Assembly: GCA_963719035.1 (NCBI GenBank)
Contig: CAVRAO010000008.1
Location: 160,001 to 224,000, forward strand
Origin: Methanobacteriota archaeon
Lineage (GTDB): Archaea > Halobacteriota > Bog-38 > Methanoflorentales > Methanoflorentaceae
DNA: 64,000 nt
Direction of reading: 5' to 3'
In this document: in pieces, positions 39,194-50,609 of the stretch
Layout: each line of letters opens with the position of its first letter
How positions within the stretch are numbered: position 1 is the first letter of the stretch
The notes under the pieces: model-generated
Database searches by the model: none
What the model was told of the DNA's origin: nothing
The model's input: the letters and a program-made list of their open reading frames with translations, nothing else
Position numbers and translations under genes: made by a program

Positions 39194-40609
39194 ATGAGAT
39201 ATGTAATGAAATTCGGCGGCACCTCTGTGGGAGATGGGACGAGAATAAAACAGGTCGGGGAGCTCGTACGAAGCTATTATGACCAAGGAGATGAAATTGC
39301 AGTGGTCGTTTCTGCCATGTCCGGCTTGACGGACGAACTTCAAACCATCGCAGAACGCATGACGAGTGAACACGCCGAGGTTACTGAGGTCTCAGAATTT
39401 GTTAATAAGGTAGGTAAGAGACATTTCGATGCCACCTATACTGCAATCGAAGACGAGATGATCGTCACGGAGGTGATATCAGAAATTGAAACGAGACTCG
39501 AAGAACTTAAAAACGCACTCACCGGCATATATCATCTCGGAGAGCTCACTGATAGATCTTATGACTATATCTCTTCTTTTGGTGAACGATTATCTGCCCC
39601 AATCGTCTCTGGCGCGTTAAAATCGCTTAAAGTCCAATCAGTCTTTTTGATGGGTGGTGAGGCAGGTATTATAACCGACAGCAAACATCGTGGCGCACGC
39701 CCAACGGAGATCACAGAAAGGCGCGTTAACGAGCGTCTTGATCCACTTCTGAAAGTTGGCATTGTGCCCGTTATCACCGGTTTTATTGCATACAACATAC
39801 ATAATATCATCACAACACTGGGGAGGGGCGGTTCCGACTACACAGCATCAATTATTGGCAGCGCCGTCGACGCAGACGAAATTTGGATTTGGACTGACGT
39901 CGATGGCATCATGACTGCAGATCCTAAGCTCGTTTCCAACGCCCGAACACTACCGCAGATATCTTACGTCGAAGCGATGGAAATTTCGTACTTTGGAGCG
40001 AAGGTCATACATCCAAACACAATAGAACCGGCGGTAACTAAGGGGATCCCTGTACGGGTGAAGAACACTTTTAATCCAAGCGGCGCAGGCACGACTATCG
40101 TCGACACCGTCAGTAATGACCAAAATCTCGTCAAAGCTGTGACAGCGGTTAGTAACGTTGCCCTTATCACCCTCTCAGGCGCGGGGATGGCCGGAACTAT
40201 CGGCGTCGCAGCCCAAGTGTTTTCTAAACTTGCGAACGTGGGAGTAAACATTATCATGATAAGCCAAGGATCCAGTGAAGCGAATATATCCGTGCTTATA
40301 GAAGAAGAGCATTTAAGCAGCGCTTTAAACGCTCTCCACAACCTTAAGGGTGAGTTTAATAGCAATATCATCAAAGAGATCTCCTGCAACGAGGACGTGA
40401 GTGCGATAGCAGTTGTCGGCTCTCGAATGGCTGGAAAGCCCGGCATAGTCGGCAGGATTTTCAGCTGCATGGGGGGTATCAACGTTAGCGTTATTATGAT
40501 AAGCCAGGGATCAACCGAGCATAACGTCTCATTTGTTTTAAGACGAGATTTCGTTCGTCGCGCTGTAGAAAGTCTACATGATGAGTTTTCTCTTTCAGAA
40601 CTCCAATAG
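39194..40609 (+). CDS. lysC: Aspartate kinase
   Basis: VMKFGGTSV, VVSAM, TLGRGGSDY, WTDVDG, two ACT domains. Confidence 0.95.
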   Translation: MRYVMKFGGTSVGDGTRIKQVGELVRSYYDQGDEIAVVVSAMSGLTDELQTIAERMTSEHAEVTEVSEFVNKVGKRHFDATYTAIEDEMIVTEVISEIETRLEELKNALTGIYHLGELTDRSYDYISSFGERLSAPIVSGALKSLKVQSVFLMGGEAGIITDSKHRGARPTEITERRVNERLDPLLKVGIVPVITGFIAYNIHNIITTLGRGGSDYTASIIGSAVDADEIWIWTDVDGIMTADPKLVSNARTLPQISYVEAMEISYFGAKVIHPNTIEPAVTKGIPVRVKNTFNPSGAGTTIVDTVSNDQNLVKAVTAVSNVALITLSGAGMAGTIGVAAQVFSKLANVGVNIIMISQGSSEANISVLIEEEHLSSALNALHNLKGEFNSNIIKEISCNEDVSAIAVVGSRMAGKPGIVGRIFSCMGGINVSVIMISQGSTEHNVSFVLRRDFVRRAVESLHDEFSLSELQ

Positions 40610-40642
40610 CGAAAAACGGGTTACTATACTGATGAGCGATAA

Positions 40643-41653
40643 ATGAATTCGCAGCACCGTCACACTTACGCGGAATCTGGAGTCGACATACTAGTCGAAG
40701 CAGAGGCAATAAGAGCCCTGACAAGGCATTTCACTGCCAAAAAAAAGGGCCACGGCAGTCCTATCAATATAGAGGGTGCTTATGCCGGTTTATTGGATAT
40801 GGGCGATTTCATCATAGGTATCACCACTGATGGGGTCGGATCAAAGGTCCTCGTCGCGACAGAAATGGGTAACTGGCGGACTATTGGAATAGACTGTATG
40901 GCAATGAATGTCAACGATCTTTTTGCAATGGGACTGGAGCCAATCGCGTTTGTCGATTATCTAGCGATGGAGAGCGTGGAACCTTCCATTGCCGATCAAA
41001 TCGGCCAAGGACTCGCAAAAGGGGCAAAGATAGCTAACGTATCCATCGTAGGCGGCGAAACCGCAAGCCTGCCTGATATCATTAGGGGTTTCGACTTGGC
41101 AGGCAGCTGCATTGGAATTGCGACTAAAGAGAAGCTTGTCACCGGCCACAAAATCGAAGAAGGAGATGCCATTGTCGGCATTCCAAGCAGCGGCGTCCAC
41201 AGTAACGGACTTACTCTTGCGCGCAAACTGTTGGCCAAATACAGCTTTCATACGCGTTACGGAAGTATGGAGCGGACACTGGGTGAAGAGCTGCTCGTGC
41301 CTACACGGATCTACTCAGAGGTACTTGACATTAATAGGAATTGCGAAGTGCATGGGATGGCGCACATCACGGGAGGGGGGCTTCTAAATCTCAAGAGACT
41401 TACACACCTAGGTTTCAATTTATCAGATCCACTTGCGCCTCAAGAGATATTCAAAATGATTCAAGCAGAGGGCGTCGACGTTGAGGAGATGTACAAAACC
41501 TTTAATATGGGAATGGGTTTTGCCATAATTGCACCTGAAAGCGAAGCAACACGCATCAAAAGCCTCAGTGACGGCGCCAGGCAGGTCGGCTCTATTTCGA
41601 AACGAGGGATACACGTTCAGTATGATGGCGGTCAGATCGAAATCGCAAAGTAA
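40643..41653 (+). CDS. purM: Phosphoribosylformylglycinamidine cyclo-ligase
   Basis: YAESGVD, DGVGSK, GGETA, SSGVHSNG, AHITGGG, TFNMG. Confidence 0.95.
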   Translation: MNSQHRHTYAESGVDILVEAEAIRALTRHFTAKKKGHGSPINIEGAYAGLLDMGDFIIGITTDGVGSKVLVATEMGNWRTIGIDCMAMNVNDLFAMGLEPIAFVDYLAMESVEPSIADQIGQGLAKGAKIANVSIVGGETASLPDIIRGFDLAGSCIGIATKEKLVTGHKIEEGDAIVGIPSSGVHSNGLTLARKLLAKYSFHTRYGSMERTLGEELLVPTRIYSEVLDINRNCEVHGMAHITGGGLLNLKRLTHLGFNLSDPLAPQEIFKMIQAEGVDVEEMYKTFNMGMGFAIIAPESEATRIKSLSDGARQVGSISKRGIHVQYDGGQIEIAK

Positions 41654-41844
41654 CGCCCTTGTTCAAATGTCGCATTTCTTAAAAATCGGTCGTAAAGTAT
41701 GTGACGAGCTGGATTATAGGGGTCAAAACAGCGTCCTAAGGTTGGCAGACGCCTGCGATGATTCTCTTGAGCTAATGGAGACCGCGTGCATTCTTTTGCA
41801 AATTGTCAATTCAAGCAATAAAGGGGGCATAGAGCTTCGAAAAG

Positions 41845-42312
41845 ATGATAGACGATTTTTTTAAACAGACCGGAATTACGCGCCAAGATATTGTTGATAC
41901 CGCTATGCTGCTGTGGAGTCCACATCCCGGGGTCGAGACCGAAACACGTGCGAGAGAAGTCTTCTCGAGCGAGCTCCGGCGAGCACTTACTGACCCAAAC
42001 TTATGGGTTCTTTTGCACGTGGGAGTGGCGCTAGAGCGAGATGCATTAGATGGCCGTATTCCCAAACTCGACCCTGCCGCTTACGAAGACGACCTGACTT
42101 GCTTGATCGCAGACGAAGTATTAGGCATGGCCGTAGCGATGTACATCAGTGGGTATAAAGGGCACTTTGATTATGCTCGATTCGACAGACAAAAACCTGG
42201 GATTCTCGGATCGCTCGGGCCGTTCTTAGATGACATCGTTGCTGGCTTGATTGGCGGAGTTTCTGCTAACATGTACGATCGAGGAGCTGCTGATGCCACT
42301 ACGCCTCGTTAA
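41845..42312 (+). CDS. cobZ: Alpha-ribazole phosphatase CobZ-like (PgpA-like)
   Basis: DPN, LIADEVLG, RFDRQKPGIL, GPFLDD; located upstream of cobS. Confidence 0.75.
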   Translation: MIDDFFKQTGITRQDIVDTAMLLWSPHPGVETETRAREVFSSELRRALTDPNLWVLLHVGVALERDALDGRIPKLDPAAYEDDLTCLIADEVLGMAVAMYISGYKGHFDYARFDRQKPGILGSLGPFLDDIVAGLIGGVSANMYDRGAADATTPR

Positions 42313-43040
42313 TAGCGTTCGAGCCGGCTTCGGATTCTTAACGACGATTCCGGTAGGATTTCACCAAGAAGATCTCGAGAGCTTAGCCAACCACATGTGG
42401 GTTTTCGTACTGGTCGGAGCCAGTGTCGGGCTCCTAGTTGGAGGAATCAGTTATGCGCTTAGTCTCACCCCGCACCTAAACAATTTTGTACATGCGGGCT
42501 TGACCCTCGTGGCACTGTACACGCTAACAGGATTCATGCACCTTGACGGGTTAGCTGACGTCGGAGATGGATTACTAAAGCATGGTACCTATACAAGAGC
42601 GACTTAGAGTCATAAAAGACCCGTATATCGGTGTAGGGGGGATATCGTTTTGTGCCCTCGCGTTCCTTCTGCTCTTCTCTGCAGTAACAGCGATTAAACC
42701 AGCCGCTTTTATACCTGCATTCATAACCGCCGAAGCTGCCGCAAAGCTTTCCATGGTCGAAGTTGCTTCGTTCGGAAATGCGACGCATAGCGGTCTTGGA
42801 TCACGTTTTTCTGAGAGAAGTGGCCCGCTGACTTTTGTTGTGGCACTGGCGCTAACAATAGTTGTTGCCGTTCTTTTTTTTGGTGTAAAAGGTATCATTG
42901 TGCTACTACCCCCTATCATTCTATCGCTAGGATTGGTAAAACTCGCTAATGTGGCGTTCGGCGGAATCAACGGGGACGTAATTGGATCCTCAAACGAGTT
43001 GGGACGCTTAGCTGCGCTTATAGCTATAGGGCTCGTATAG
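42293..43040 (+). CDS. cobS: Adenosylcobinamide-GDP ribazoletransferase (1-nt frameshift near 42590)
   Basis: FLTTIPV, GFMHLDGLADVGDG, KDP.IG, FGGINGDVIG. Confidence 0.9.
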
Positions 43041-43048
43041 GTGATAGC

Positions 43049-43657
43049 GTGCTCGCGCTCCTCATGGCAGGTGGCAAAGGGGAAAGGCTTGGTTTAGTCG
43101 GTGTGGAAAAACCACTATTAGAGTTCGCTGGAAAACCGCTCGTTGCGTACGTCGTCGCTGCCTTGATGAAATCACAAATTGAGAGTATCGTGATGGTAAC
43201 ATCCCCTCATACACCACGCACAACGCACTGGGCTAGAAGCTCTTGCGTTCCCTTACTTGTAGCGCCAGGCCTGGGATATATCGACGACTACAAGTGGGCT
43301 ATGAAACGGCTAAACCTTCAAGGCCCAGTTCTCATCATCTCAGCAGATCTTCCCATGATCAATCACCAACTCATTGACAAGATTATCGAACATCAGGCAC
43401 GAGTCGAGAGTCCTGCGCTTGGAGTTTACCTTCCCTCTACGTTTTTGGACGAGGCTGACGTGAGCACTGACCTCGTATTACGCGCTGGTGCGAAACTCCT
43501 AGTCCCTAGTGGCCTAAATATCGTTGATGCAAGCCTGCCCGATCAAATGCAGCAAGAGACGATGCTCGTGCTTCACGATGAATCACTGCTGTACAACATC
43601 AACAAGAGAAGCGACCTGAAACGACTGAAGCGAAAAGTAGGCGAGAGCGAATCATAA
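43049..43657 (+). CDS. cobY: Adenosylcobinamide-phosphate guanylyltransferase
   Basis: MAGGKGERLG..EKPL, SADLP, NIN; cob context. Confidence 0.85.
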   Translation: MLALLMAGGKGERLGLVGVEKPLLEFAGKPLVAYVVAALMKSQIESIVMVTSPHTPRTTHWARSSCVPLLVAPGLGYIDDYKWAMKRLNLQGPVLIISADLPMINHQLIDKIIEHQARVESPALGVYLPSTFLDEADVSTDLVLRAGAKLLVPSGLNIVDASLPDQMQQETMLVLHDESLLYNINKRSDLKRLKRKVGESES

Positions 43658-43673
43658 AAAGCAGAAATAACGT

Positions 43674-44165
43674 CTAAAGCTTGAGACTTTTATGTTCGAC
43701 AAGATCTACCAGCTCAGCGACATTGAGGAGCGCGTTGATGACTGGAATCCCCTTATAAACTGTGAGTTGCGCCGAGACCACCCCCGAAATACAAAAGACG
43801 GTATCCTGCAGTTCATCTTCCACGCCCTTTTCGTCTCTTGTACAAAGCACCTTGGGAAGAACTGCCCCTCTAAACCCTTCTAATACTAGGTAATCGCATT
43901 GGATGTGGCTTATCAGTTCATCGAGCATCACTGACCGTTTTATCATCAGTACGCTTTCGTTTGGCGCCCGCAAGCCGACGACCTCGGCTCCGGCTTTCCA
44001 ATGGCGCCATGTGTCTTTTCCAACTGCGTCGAACGCGAAGTCGTTTACGTGAACGTCTTTGATCGTTGCGACTCGATACCCGCGCACCCGTAGCTCTTTA
44101 ACGACCTCAACGACAGTCGTCGTTTTTCCTGTTTTTGAAGATCCATAAATGGCTATTACCCGCAT
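43674..44165 (-). CDS. mobB: Molybdopterin-guanine dinucleotide biosynthesis protein B
   Basis: GSSKTGKTT, GKDTWRH..AGA, EGF. Confidence 0.88.
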   Translation of the reverse strand: MRVIAIYGSSKTGKTTTVVEVVKELRVRGYRVATIKDVHVNDFAFDAVGKDTWRHWKAGAEVVGLRAPNESVLMIKRSVMLDELISHIQCDYLVLEGFRGAVLPKVLCTRDEKGVEDELQDTVFCISGVVSAQLTVYKGIPVINALLNVAELVDLVEHKSLKL

Positions 44166-44315
44166 CTAGTAAATGTTAAACTTTTAAAGTTAAATTATCA
44201 TCGCTTGCGGGTGAGGCCAGTAGACAAAGAACCGATAGCCCTAACGGACTTTTTTGCCTGAGCCGAGCAAAATATTAGGTAGGGTAGTTTTTTGTGTTAA
44301 AAGCCGCGAGTGTTC

Positions 44316-45239
44316 TTAAGTACCGCCAGCGTGAGTATTGGTCTTTCTGGACTTCCAGTAACGCGGATACGTCCCAGGCGCCATCATCACTCTTTTGACT
44401 TCGGCTACTATTCCACCTTCAAGAATCGAGATGGCTAAAGCCACTATTTCATCCTTTGCAGAATAAATCCCCACGAGCTGTTTTGATTCAAGATGAGGCA
44501 GCGAAATAACGCCGGGTTCAGCGAGGCGAGCCCCGTGACAAATGGCGTCGACTGCGGTATCTCGGATAATAATTTTTGGGAGATGTTCTAATGCGCGTTC
44601 AAGAGGCATAATGATGTTGCGCAGTGGAGTCTCATCGGAATCTTCAATCCAAAAGTGGTATGCATCTGTCAAATCGTGTAAGGTGGTCAGCTTTGATTCA
44701 TCAAACGGGCCCACCTTCGTTCTTCGAAGCTCTTGCATGTGTGCCCCGACACCTAACGCCTCACCTATATCGTGACACAGCTTGCGAATATAGGTCCCCG
44801 CCTCACAGCCAATTTGGAGGAGAACGTCGTTGCCTTCCCGCTCGAGCACATTGATGTAATAAACCTCGCGTTTACGAATCTGACGTTTTACAGCCGATTT
44901 AAGGGGCGGACGTTGATAGAGCACGCCGGTAAACTCCTTTGACACGTCAAGGAACTCTCCTTCTGCGACCATTTTGTGCAAATGGAGCACACAGACGTAT
45001 TCTTTGGGTAATCTTACGAGTGCTCCGACCGCCTTGGTGGCGTCTTGCAACAAGATCGGAAGCACACCGGTAGCCTTCGGGTCCAACGTCCCGCTGTGAC
45101 CGGCCTTGTTTATGTTTAAAATTCGTTTTACCCACGCAGCAACCTCGTGGCTGGTCGGCCCAGCGGGCTTGTCGAGGATGATGACTCCTTTTCGAATAAG
45201 CTCTTCTGGTGTCCTTTGACTGTCTACAGAATCCGCCAT
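44316..45239 (-). CDS. cbf5: RNA-guided pseudouridine synthase Cbf5
   Basis: DKPAGPTSHEV, GHSGTLDP, QRPP, GTYIRKLCHD, PUA domain. Confidence 0.95.
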   Translation of the reverse strand: MADSVDSQRTPEELIRKGVIILDKPAGPTSHEVAAWVKRILNINKAGHSGTLDPKATGVLPILLQDATKAVGALVRLPKEYVCVLHLHKMVAEGEFLDVSKEFTGVLYQRPPLKSAVKRQIRKREVYYINVLEREGNDVLLQIGCEAGTYIRKLCHDIGEALGVGAHMQELRRTKVGPFDESKLTTLHDLTDAYHFWIEDSDETPLRNIIMPLERALEHLPKIIIRDTAVDAICHGARLAEPGVISLPHLESKQLVGIYSAKDEIVALAISILEGGIVAEVKRVMMAPGTYPRYWKSRKTNTHAGGT

Positions 45240-45241
45240 CG

Positions 45242-45772
45242 TTAGCCAACCTCCCGACGTGACCTCACAGCCTGTGTAATAATGTCAATAACTGCGAATT
45301 GGTTCCAGTGTCTCGTATCTATGATGAGGTCATAGATGTCAAGGTTCGCCGTGTCGATATTGTAGAACGCGAGATACCGCGCTGCCTCGCTGTTGTCGCG
45401 GGCCCTTGTTTCGCGCAAAGCGATCGCGCGGTCCTTGCCTTCTCTTCGTGCAATTCTGTCTGCTCGCACTTCGAGCGGCGCTTTTAGCCAAACAGCTATA
45501 CCCCCTTTGAGGACCCAGCCGGATAGCCGACCGTCAACGATTACACTTTCGTGTGACTGAGCAAGCTCGGCTTGCCGCGCATCAACCATTTGGTCGATTT
45601 CCGGGTCTTTTTCTGCAAGCTTACTCAGCTGCTCCAAGCTTAAGGCACGCTCGCGTGCCAGTTCCCTGAAGACTTCTCCTGCCGAAATGTGAGTAAAACC
45701 GAGTCTCTGCGACAAACCGCTCGCCACCGTCGTCTTGCCGCTGCCTGAAGGTCCGCTGATAGTTAGTAACAC
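45242..45772 (-). CDS. cmk: Cytidylate kinase
   Basis: ISGPSGSGKTT, SAGEVFR, GRLSGW. Confidence 0.92.
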   Translation of the reverse strand: MLLTISGPSGSGKTTVASGLSQRLGFTHISAGEVFRELARERALSLEQLSKLAEKDPEIDQMVDARQAELAQSHESVIVDGRLSGWVLKGGIAVWLKAPLEVRADRIARREGKDRAIALRETRARDNSEAARYLAFYNIDTANLDIYDLIIDTRHWNQFAVIDIITQAVRSRREVG

Positions 45773-45804
45773 ACTTCACCCCGTTAGGCACTGCGATGAC
45801 TGGT

Positions 45805-46383
45805 CTAGTGTTCCTGCAACGTAAGAACCAGTTCGGCGACTGCCTCATCGAGTTTTCCGTCAGGGTTCTGCAGTATTTTGACTGTAGCTCCTGAATACGC
45901 AGCATATGCCATGCAAATTGCCTTATTGACGTCTTGGTGTTGTTGAACCGCCACCGCATCTTGAACGTCTCGCTGGCGTGATTTATCAGCTTTTCTGCGT
46001 CGAATGATATCAGTGGGTGCTGTTTCAACGATAAGGATAAGTTCTGGCTTCAACTCGTCTAAAACCCACGTAGGCAACCCAGGCAGGTACCCGCGGGGGG
46101 TTCTGACTGTTGCGTGCGTGTCAACGACAAGAGCTGTTGTCGCCATCTGTGCTATTGCACGTGCCGCAATCTTTTGAAGGTCGCGCTGCTGAACCGGCTC
46201 GAGCTTTCGGATATCATCACGCACTTTAACCCAGCCGCGCCGCAGCGCTTCATCTAACATAACATCGCTGTACGTCACCATTTTAAACGGCTGGCCCTGC
46301 CTTTCCAGCTTTTCGATGGCTTTTTTAGTGACTGTCGTCCCGCCGCTTGCTGGCACTCCGGTAAGCACTATGACTTTTCGCAT
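45805..46383 (-). CDS. adk: Adenylate kinase (archaeal type)
   Basis: GVPASGGTT, VDTH, GYLPGLP. Confidence 0.93.
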   Translation of the reverse strand: MRKVIVLTGVPASGGTTVTKKAIEKLERQGQPFKMVTYSDVMLDEALRRGWVKVRDDIRKLEPVQQRDLQKIAARAIAQMATTALVVDTHATVRTPRGYLPGLPTWVLDELKPELILIVETAPTDIIRRRKADKSRQRDVQDAVAVQQHQDVNKAICMAYAAYSGATVKILQNPDGKLDEAVAELVLTLQEH

Positions 46384-46545
46384 TCTTACCCCCAACTTAT
46401 ACAACGAACTATTCCAAACATCCTACTTTAAACTACGCAATCGTAGAGCAGCATAGCTCTTGTTTGCGCTTTTTATCCAACAAAAAGCTTCAGAAAGGAT
46501 ACCGGGCCAACTGAGAGCGAAAAAACCAGTCTGGCTATTCGCAGA

Positions 46546-48004
46546 TCATTCCCCTATGAATCTCCGCAACATAGGATGCATCTCCATAACTTCCTCGTTG
46601 GCGAGCTGCTCGTAAAGCCTGTACACGATGCTTACAGCCAACAACAGTGAAGTCCCCCCCACGTTTCCGATCGTCCCAAAAAAACCCGCAATGACCGCAA
46701 GGAAGCCTATAAACGCGCCTCCAATGACGGTAACTTTCGGAATATATCGCTTCATGACACGTTCAATGATCTTAGGATCACGACGGAAGCCAGGAATGGA
46801 CATTCCTGAGCGTTGTATTTGCTCTGAAACGGCCTTTGGACCCATACCAGTAGTCTCAACCCAAAAGAGGGCAAATATGACGCCGCCAATAACCATCACA
46901 GCAATGTCTATTCCACACCGCAGTGCGACTTGCCATCCCGGGTTGGTTGTTAACGTTGGGAACCAATTTTGTGGACCATTAATTGGCGCCAGATAATACA
47001 TCAGCCCGCTTGTCGGCGTATTGCCTACATACGTCCCCACCCACGTAAATCCCGCGTTGTAAAGCAGAATCCCAATCATCTGAATGTTCGCTTGCAGCGC
47101 CCGCACTAATATTAACGGCAAGACACTTGCATACACGAGCTTTACTGGGAACCTGCCTCGCGCGCCTCTGACAGAACTGTGCGCAAGCGGGATCTCAATA
47201 CGCGTCGTTTCCACGTAAACGACGATGGCAAATATCGCTATCGTGCTTATTGCGGCTAAGATATCTCCACGGAACAGGAGGAATATCAGTCCCTCAGCGC
47301 TTAGCAGCTGCTGGACGGTGAACTGTTGGAAGATCTGAATAAAACGTGGGATCATCCCAAAGGCCAACCCAGTCGTAGGATCAGTTTGCCAGTTGATAGT
47401 CCCAGTCACCAACCCTTGTGCAACTCCGGCCACGATAAACAGGCCGACTCCTGAGCCAATTCCCCACTTGGTGATGATTTCATCTAAGAACAGAACGAGG
47501 ACGCCCCCGAGACAGACCTGGAGGAATATAAGCAATGAGATGCTTCCGAGCGTCAAACCAGTCGAAGCAGCAAGGGCCGGATCAGGTACCGAGGAAGCCT
47601 CCGAGCACTTGAGGCAAGGCTTCGACGATGATCATGACGAAGATGAGCAACTTCTGGAGTTGTTGGTATACTGATTGATCACGCGGATCGCTCGTGTCAA
47701 GCTTTATGATGTCTGCGCCCTTGAAGAGCTGAAGTATGATCGAGGCCGTGACAATCGGACCGATGCCGAGCTGAACGAGAGAGCCCTGGCTTCCTGCCAT
47801 TATTGCCCTGTAAAACCCAAAAAGGTCCTGAGAGGCGGGTGAAAGCCCAAAAAGTTGGACGTTTGTTAAAACGAAGTATATGATAAGAATGCCGATCGTC
47901 CACGTGAGCTTCCGTCTGAAGTGTACGTGCCCTTCGGGCTTGGAGACGGCGGGGAGTCTTTGCAGGAAAGGCTCAATTCTGTCTATTAGTGGATGCTCAC
48001 TCAT
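46546..48004 (-). CDS. secY: Preprotein translocase subunit SecY (1-nt frameshift near 47590)
   Basis: [44 protein letters not shown] across two frames. Confidence 0.95.
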
Positions 48005-48056
48005 AATTCACCGCGCTCAAACTGGAGACGTGTACGTGGTCACTACAGAAAACAGA

Positions 48057-48485
48057 TTATTGTCCTAGAACTTTTGCTTTCCCGCCGGCTGATTCCAGTT
48101 TTTCTTGTGCTCGTTTCGAAAAACTTCTGGCAGTAACTATGAGTGGTTTAGTTACGCGGCCGTTTCCAAGCACTTTGTCTACATCGAGAGTGATGTAATA
48201 CTTGCCTGTACGCACCTTGGCGTGCTTCCGTTCCACGAGTTGGTCGGCAGCTTCGTCTAAGGCACCTACATCAACGATTGTGGGATCGCTTAGCATGGTC
48301 TGTGGCCTCACGAACCCGTAACTACCGTAACCACGACCGAGCAAGAGCTCCCTGACGAAATGATGTTTGCAACCGCCCGCATGCCCACGCCCTCCTCGAC
48401 TCCCTGCACCGCGGCGGTTTTTATGAGTGCCGCCGCCACACGTGCGACTTCCTCGAAACTTCTTGGCTTTGTTTTTCGCGCTCAT
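48057..48485 (-). CDS. rpl15: 50S ribosomal protein L15
   Basis: [22 protein letters not shown]. Confidence 0.95.
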   Translation of the reverse strand: MSAKNKAKKFRGSRTCGGGTHKNRRGAGSRGGRGHAGGCKHHFVRELLLGRGYGSYGFVRPQTMLSDPTIVDVGALDEAADQLVERKHAKVRTGKYYITLDVDKVLGNGRVTKPLIVTARSFSKRAQEKLESAGGKAKVLGQ

Positions 48486-48488
48486 TGC

Positions 48489-48950
48489 CTACCTCATCGT
48501 TAAAAGCAGCCTGTTGATGTCGCTGCCATGAAACCCGAGAACGCCCTCAGGAAACGGTTTTTTTATTCCTTTATGGCCCTTACGTGGCGGGTGGAGCCGC
48601 AGCACAAGTTTCAGCTTTGGTACATCCCGTAAAGTCGCCTCGCCATCAACAACAGCTTTTGCGAGCGATTCTATATCATTAAAAGCAGTTTGGTCTTTGA
48701 CGTAAGCGCTGGTGAGTCTTTGATGACCTTCAAGCATGCCCCTTTTATCGAGGAGCACGCAGAGAGTTTCACCATCGATGTTGCCCCAAGCAATATAATC
48801 CTTCACTTTCTGCAGCATGCCGTTGTAGTGCACATTGTCCTCTATGAGAACGCAATGATTAGTTCTGTCAAGATTCAGTAGTTCGAGCGTGCGCCGTATG
48901 TCCGGCTTCGTCTTTGCTATGCTGCGCATCTTAACAACGGCGTACGTCAC
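48489..48950 (-). CDS. rpl30: 50S ribosomal protein L30
   Basis: [21 protein letters not shown]. Confidence 0.95.
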   Translation of the reverse strand: MTYAVVKMRSIAKTKPDIRRTLELLNLDRTNHCVLIEDNVHYNGMLQKVKDYIAWGNIDGETLCVLLDKRGMLEGHQRLTSAYVKDQTAFNDIESLAKAVVDGEATLRDVPKLKLVLRLHPPRKGHKGIKKPFPEGVLGFHGSDINRLLLTMR

Positions 48951-49567
48951 TGAGTCCCCCCACCAATTCTAACCGTGGTTGTGCCCTTGAGCGCTTCAAA
49001 GGTAGCGCGAGCAAAGTTTATTGTGGTACACGTTTGTCCAGATGATCTCGTCCACACGTCTTTTATGCCTGCGAGCTCGAGCACTTTCCGTGCCGTGCTA
49101 CCTGACGCTATACCAAGCCCTTGTGGCGCTGGTTTTAGCACAACGCTCACGGAGCCCGCTTTGCCTTTAACCGTAAAGGGAACGGAGTGCGATTCGCCGC
49201 AACCACATTCCCACGAACCGCAGCCTCGATTTATCTTGATAAGATTCAACTTAGCAATCTCAATGGTCTTTCTTATGGCCGGTCCCGCTTGTAGATCCTT
49301 CCCTTCCGCAAAGCCCACATATCCATCACGATTGCCGATCGCCACCGCTGCCCTAAACTTCACACGCCGCCCAGAATCCGTCATTCGCTGCACCATGTTT
49401 ATGTCCAATACCTCGTCGCTTAAATCAGGTAAGAGCACATCAATGATTTCTGGTTCTTTGACAGGAAATCCGGTGTTTACAGCATCGTCGAATGTGGCTA
49501 TCTTACCCTCATAAACAAGGTGCCCCAATCTTGTCCTTGGTGTCCATCCTTCTATCATTTCAGCCAT
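48947..49567 (-). CDS. rps5: 30S ribosomal protein S5
   Basis: [26 protein letters not shown]. Confidence 0.96.
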   Translation of the reverse strand: MAEMIEGWTPRTRLGHLVYEGKIATFDDAVNTGFPVKEPEIIDVLLPDLSDEVLDINMVQRMTDSGRRVKFRAAVAIGNRDGYVGFAEGKDLQAGPAIRKTIEIAKLNLIKINRGCGSWECGCGESHSVPFTVKGKAGSVSVVLKPAPQGLGIASGSTARKVLELAGIKDVWTRSSGQTCTTINFARATFEALKGTTTVRIGGGTQ

Positions 49568-49587
49568 TCTGTCCCTGTTTCCTTTGT

Positions 49588-50151
49588 TTATTTCTGCGTA
49601 AAACGATCTAGTATCTCTTGCTTAACCAAATCAACGTGACCGGGAAGATCTTTCGGATCGATGCCATATTGTGAAAACCGTGCTCGGTTATCGGTTGCAT
49701 AAGCAGCAATATGTTCTCCGCGTGCCCTCTCATGCGTAGGGAGCGGTTCTTGACTGAGAGGGATGTCCAGTCCTGCTTCGACGGCGCCTAGCAGGGCAGC
49801 ATATATTCGCGACCCGCGTGAGTTAGCGTTCAGACCGAGATCGAGCACACCGTTCGAATAACCAGCAGCGAGCGCACGACGTGCAAAAAGGACGCCCGTC
49901 AGGTATGCAGCGGGGGTGTTACCAGTGGCACCTTTATAGCCGACTTTTTTAAGATCAAGGGCGCTGGCAGACGTTAAAGTTCTATCCCCGGCCGTGCTGT
50001 GCTCGACAAGCTGCACTGTCAAGTTGCAGCCACTTTTTCGCACGACCACCCGGGGCTTCTTTGAAAGCAATAAACCTAACCGTTTGTGGTAATTCGTCCT
50101 TCCTTCGCGGCGACGTCTAAATGGGACGTGATAGCGCGGACCTGTGGCCAT
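49588..50151 (-). CDS. rpl18: 50S ribosomal protein L18
   Basis: [20 protein letters not shown]. Confidence 0.96.
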   Translation of the reverse strand: MATGPRYHVPFRRRREGRTNYHKRLGLLLSKKPRVVVRKSGCNLTVQLVEHSTAGDRTLTSASALDLKKVGYKGATGNTPAAYLTGVLFARRALAAGYSNGVLDLGLNANSRGSRIYAALLGAVEAGLDIPLSQEPLPTHERARGEHIAAYATDNRARFSQYGIDPKDLPGHVDLVKQEILDRFTQK

Positions 50152-50609
50152 TATTCCTGCCTCCTTGCCGCTATTGCGATTTCAATCTGAGAATTCAAAA
50201 CGCTCAAGGTTCGATACTCTCCCCCTTTAGCCTTCCGATACATTCGACGATACGTCGTCCGATCCAGCGTATTATCGTCCCTCAATTCGCGAAGGGTCCT
50301 TCTCTGCGCTCGTATCTTCCGCATCCATAGGTGCTTCTTAGGGCTTCGAGCATTTTTTCCTCCTTTGCGATTCCCTTGTCCAGTTCTGTGCCCTTTCTTG
50401 CGCTTTATATCGTTCCCGCGTGCACGCCCGCGGCTGATGCCTTGCGCTTGTCTTGCTTTGACTGTGCCTTCCCCAATAAGACCACGAATGTCTTCACGAG
50501 TAATAGCGTTCGCAACGTCGGTGAGTTTGTCAGGATCAAGCCACACCCTGCTTAACCCAACGTTGAGTACTTCAGCGGCAATTCGCTTTTGGTTCGAAAG
50601 GCCGGTCAC
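50151..50609 (-). CDS. rpl19e: 50S ribosomal protein L19e
   Basis: [27 protein letters not shown]. Confidence 0.96.
   Translation of the reverse strand: MTGLSNQKRIAAEVLNVGLSRVWLDPDKLTDVANAITREDIRGLIGEGTVKARQAQGISRGRARGNDIKRKKGHRTGQGNRKGGKNARSPKKHLWMRKIRAQRRTLRELRDDNTLDRTTYRRMYRKAKGGEYRTLSVLNSQIEIAIAARRQE

Noticed and set aside
44200-44290. Possible C/D or H/ACA guide RNA next to cbf5
   Set aside because: Has a CTGA and a short terminal stem, but no convincing C box or C'/D' order
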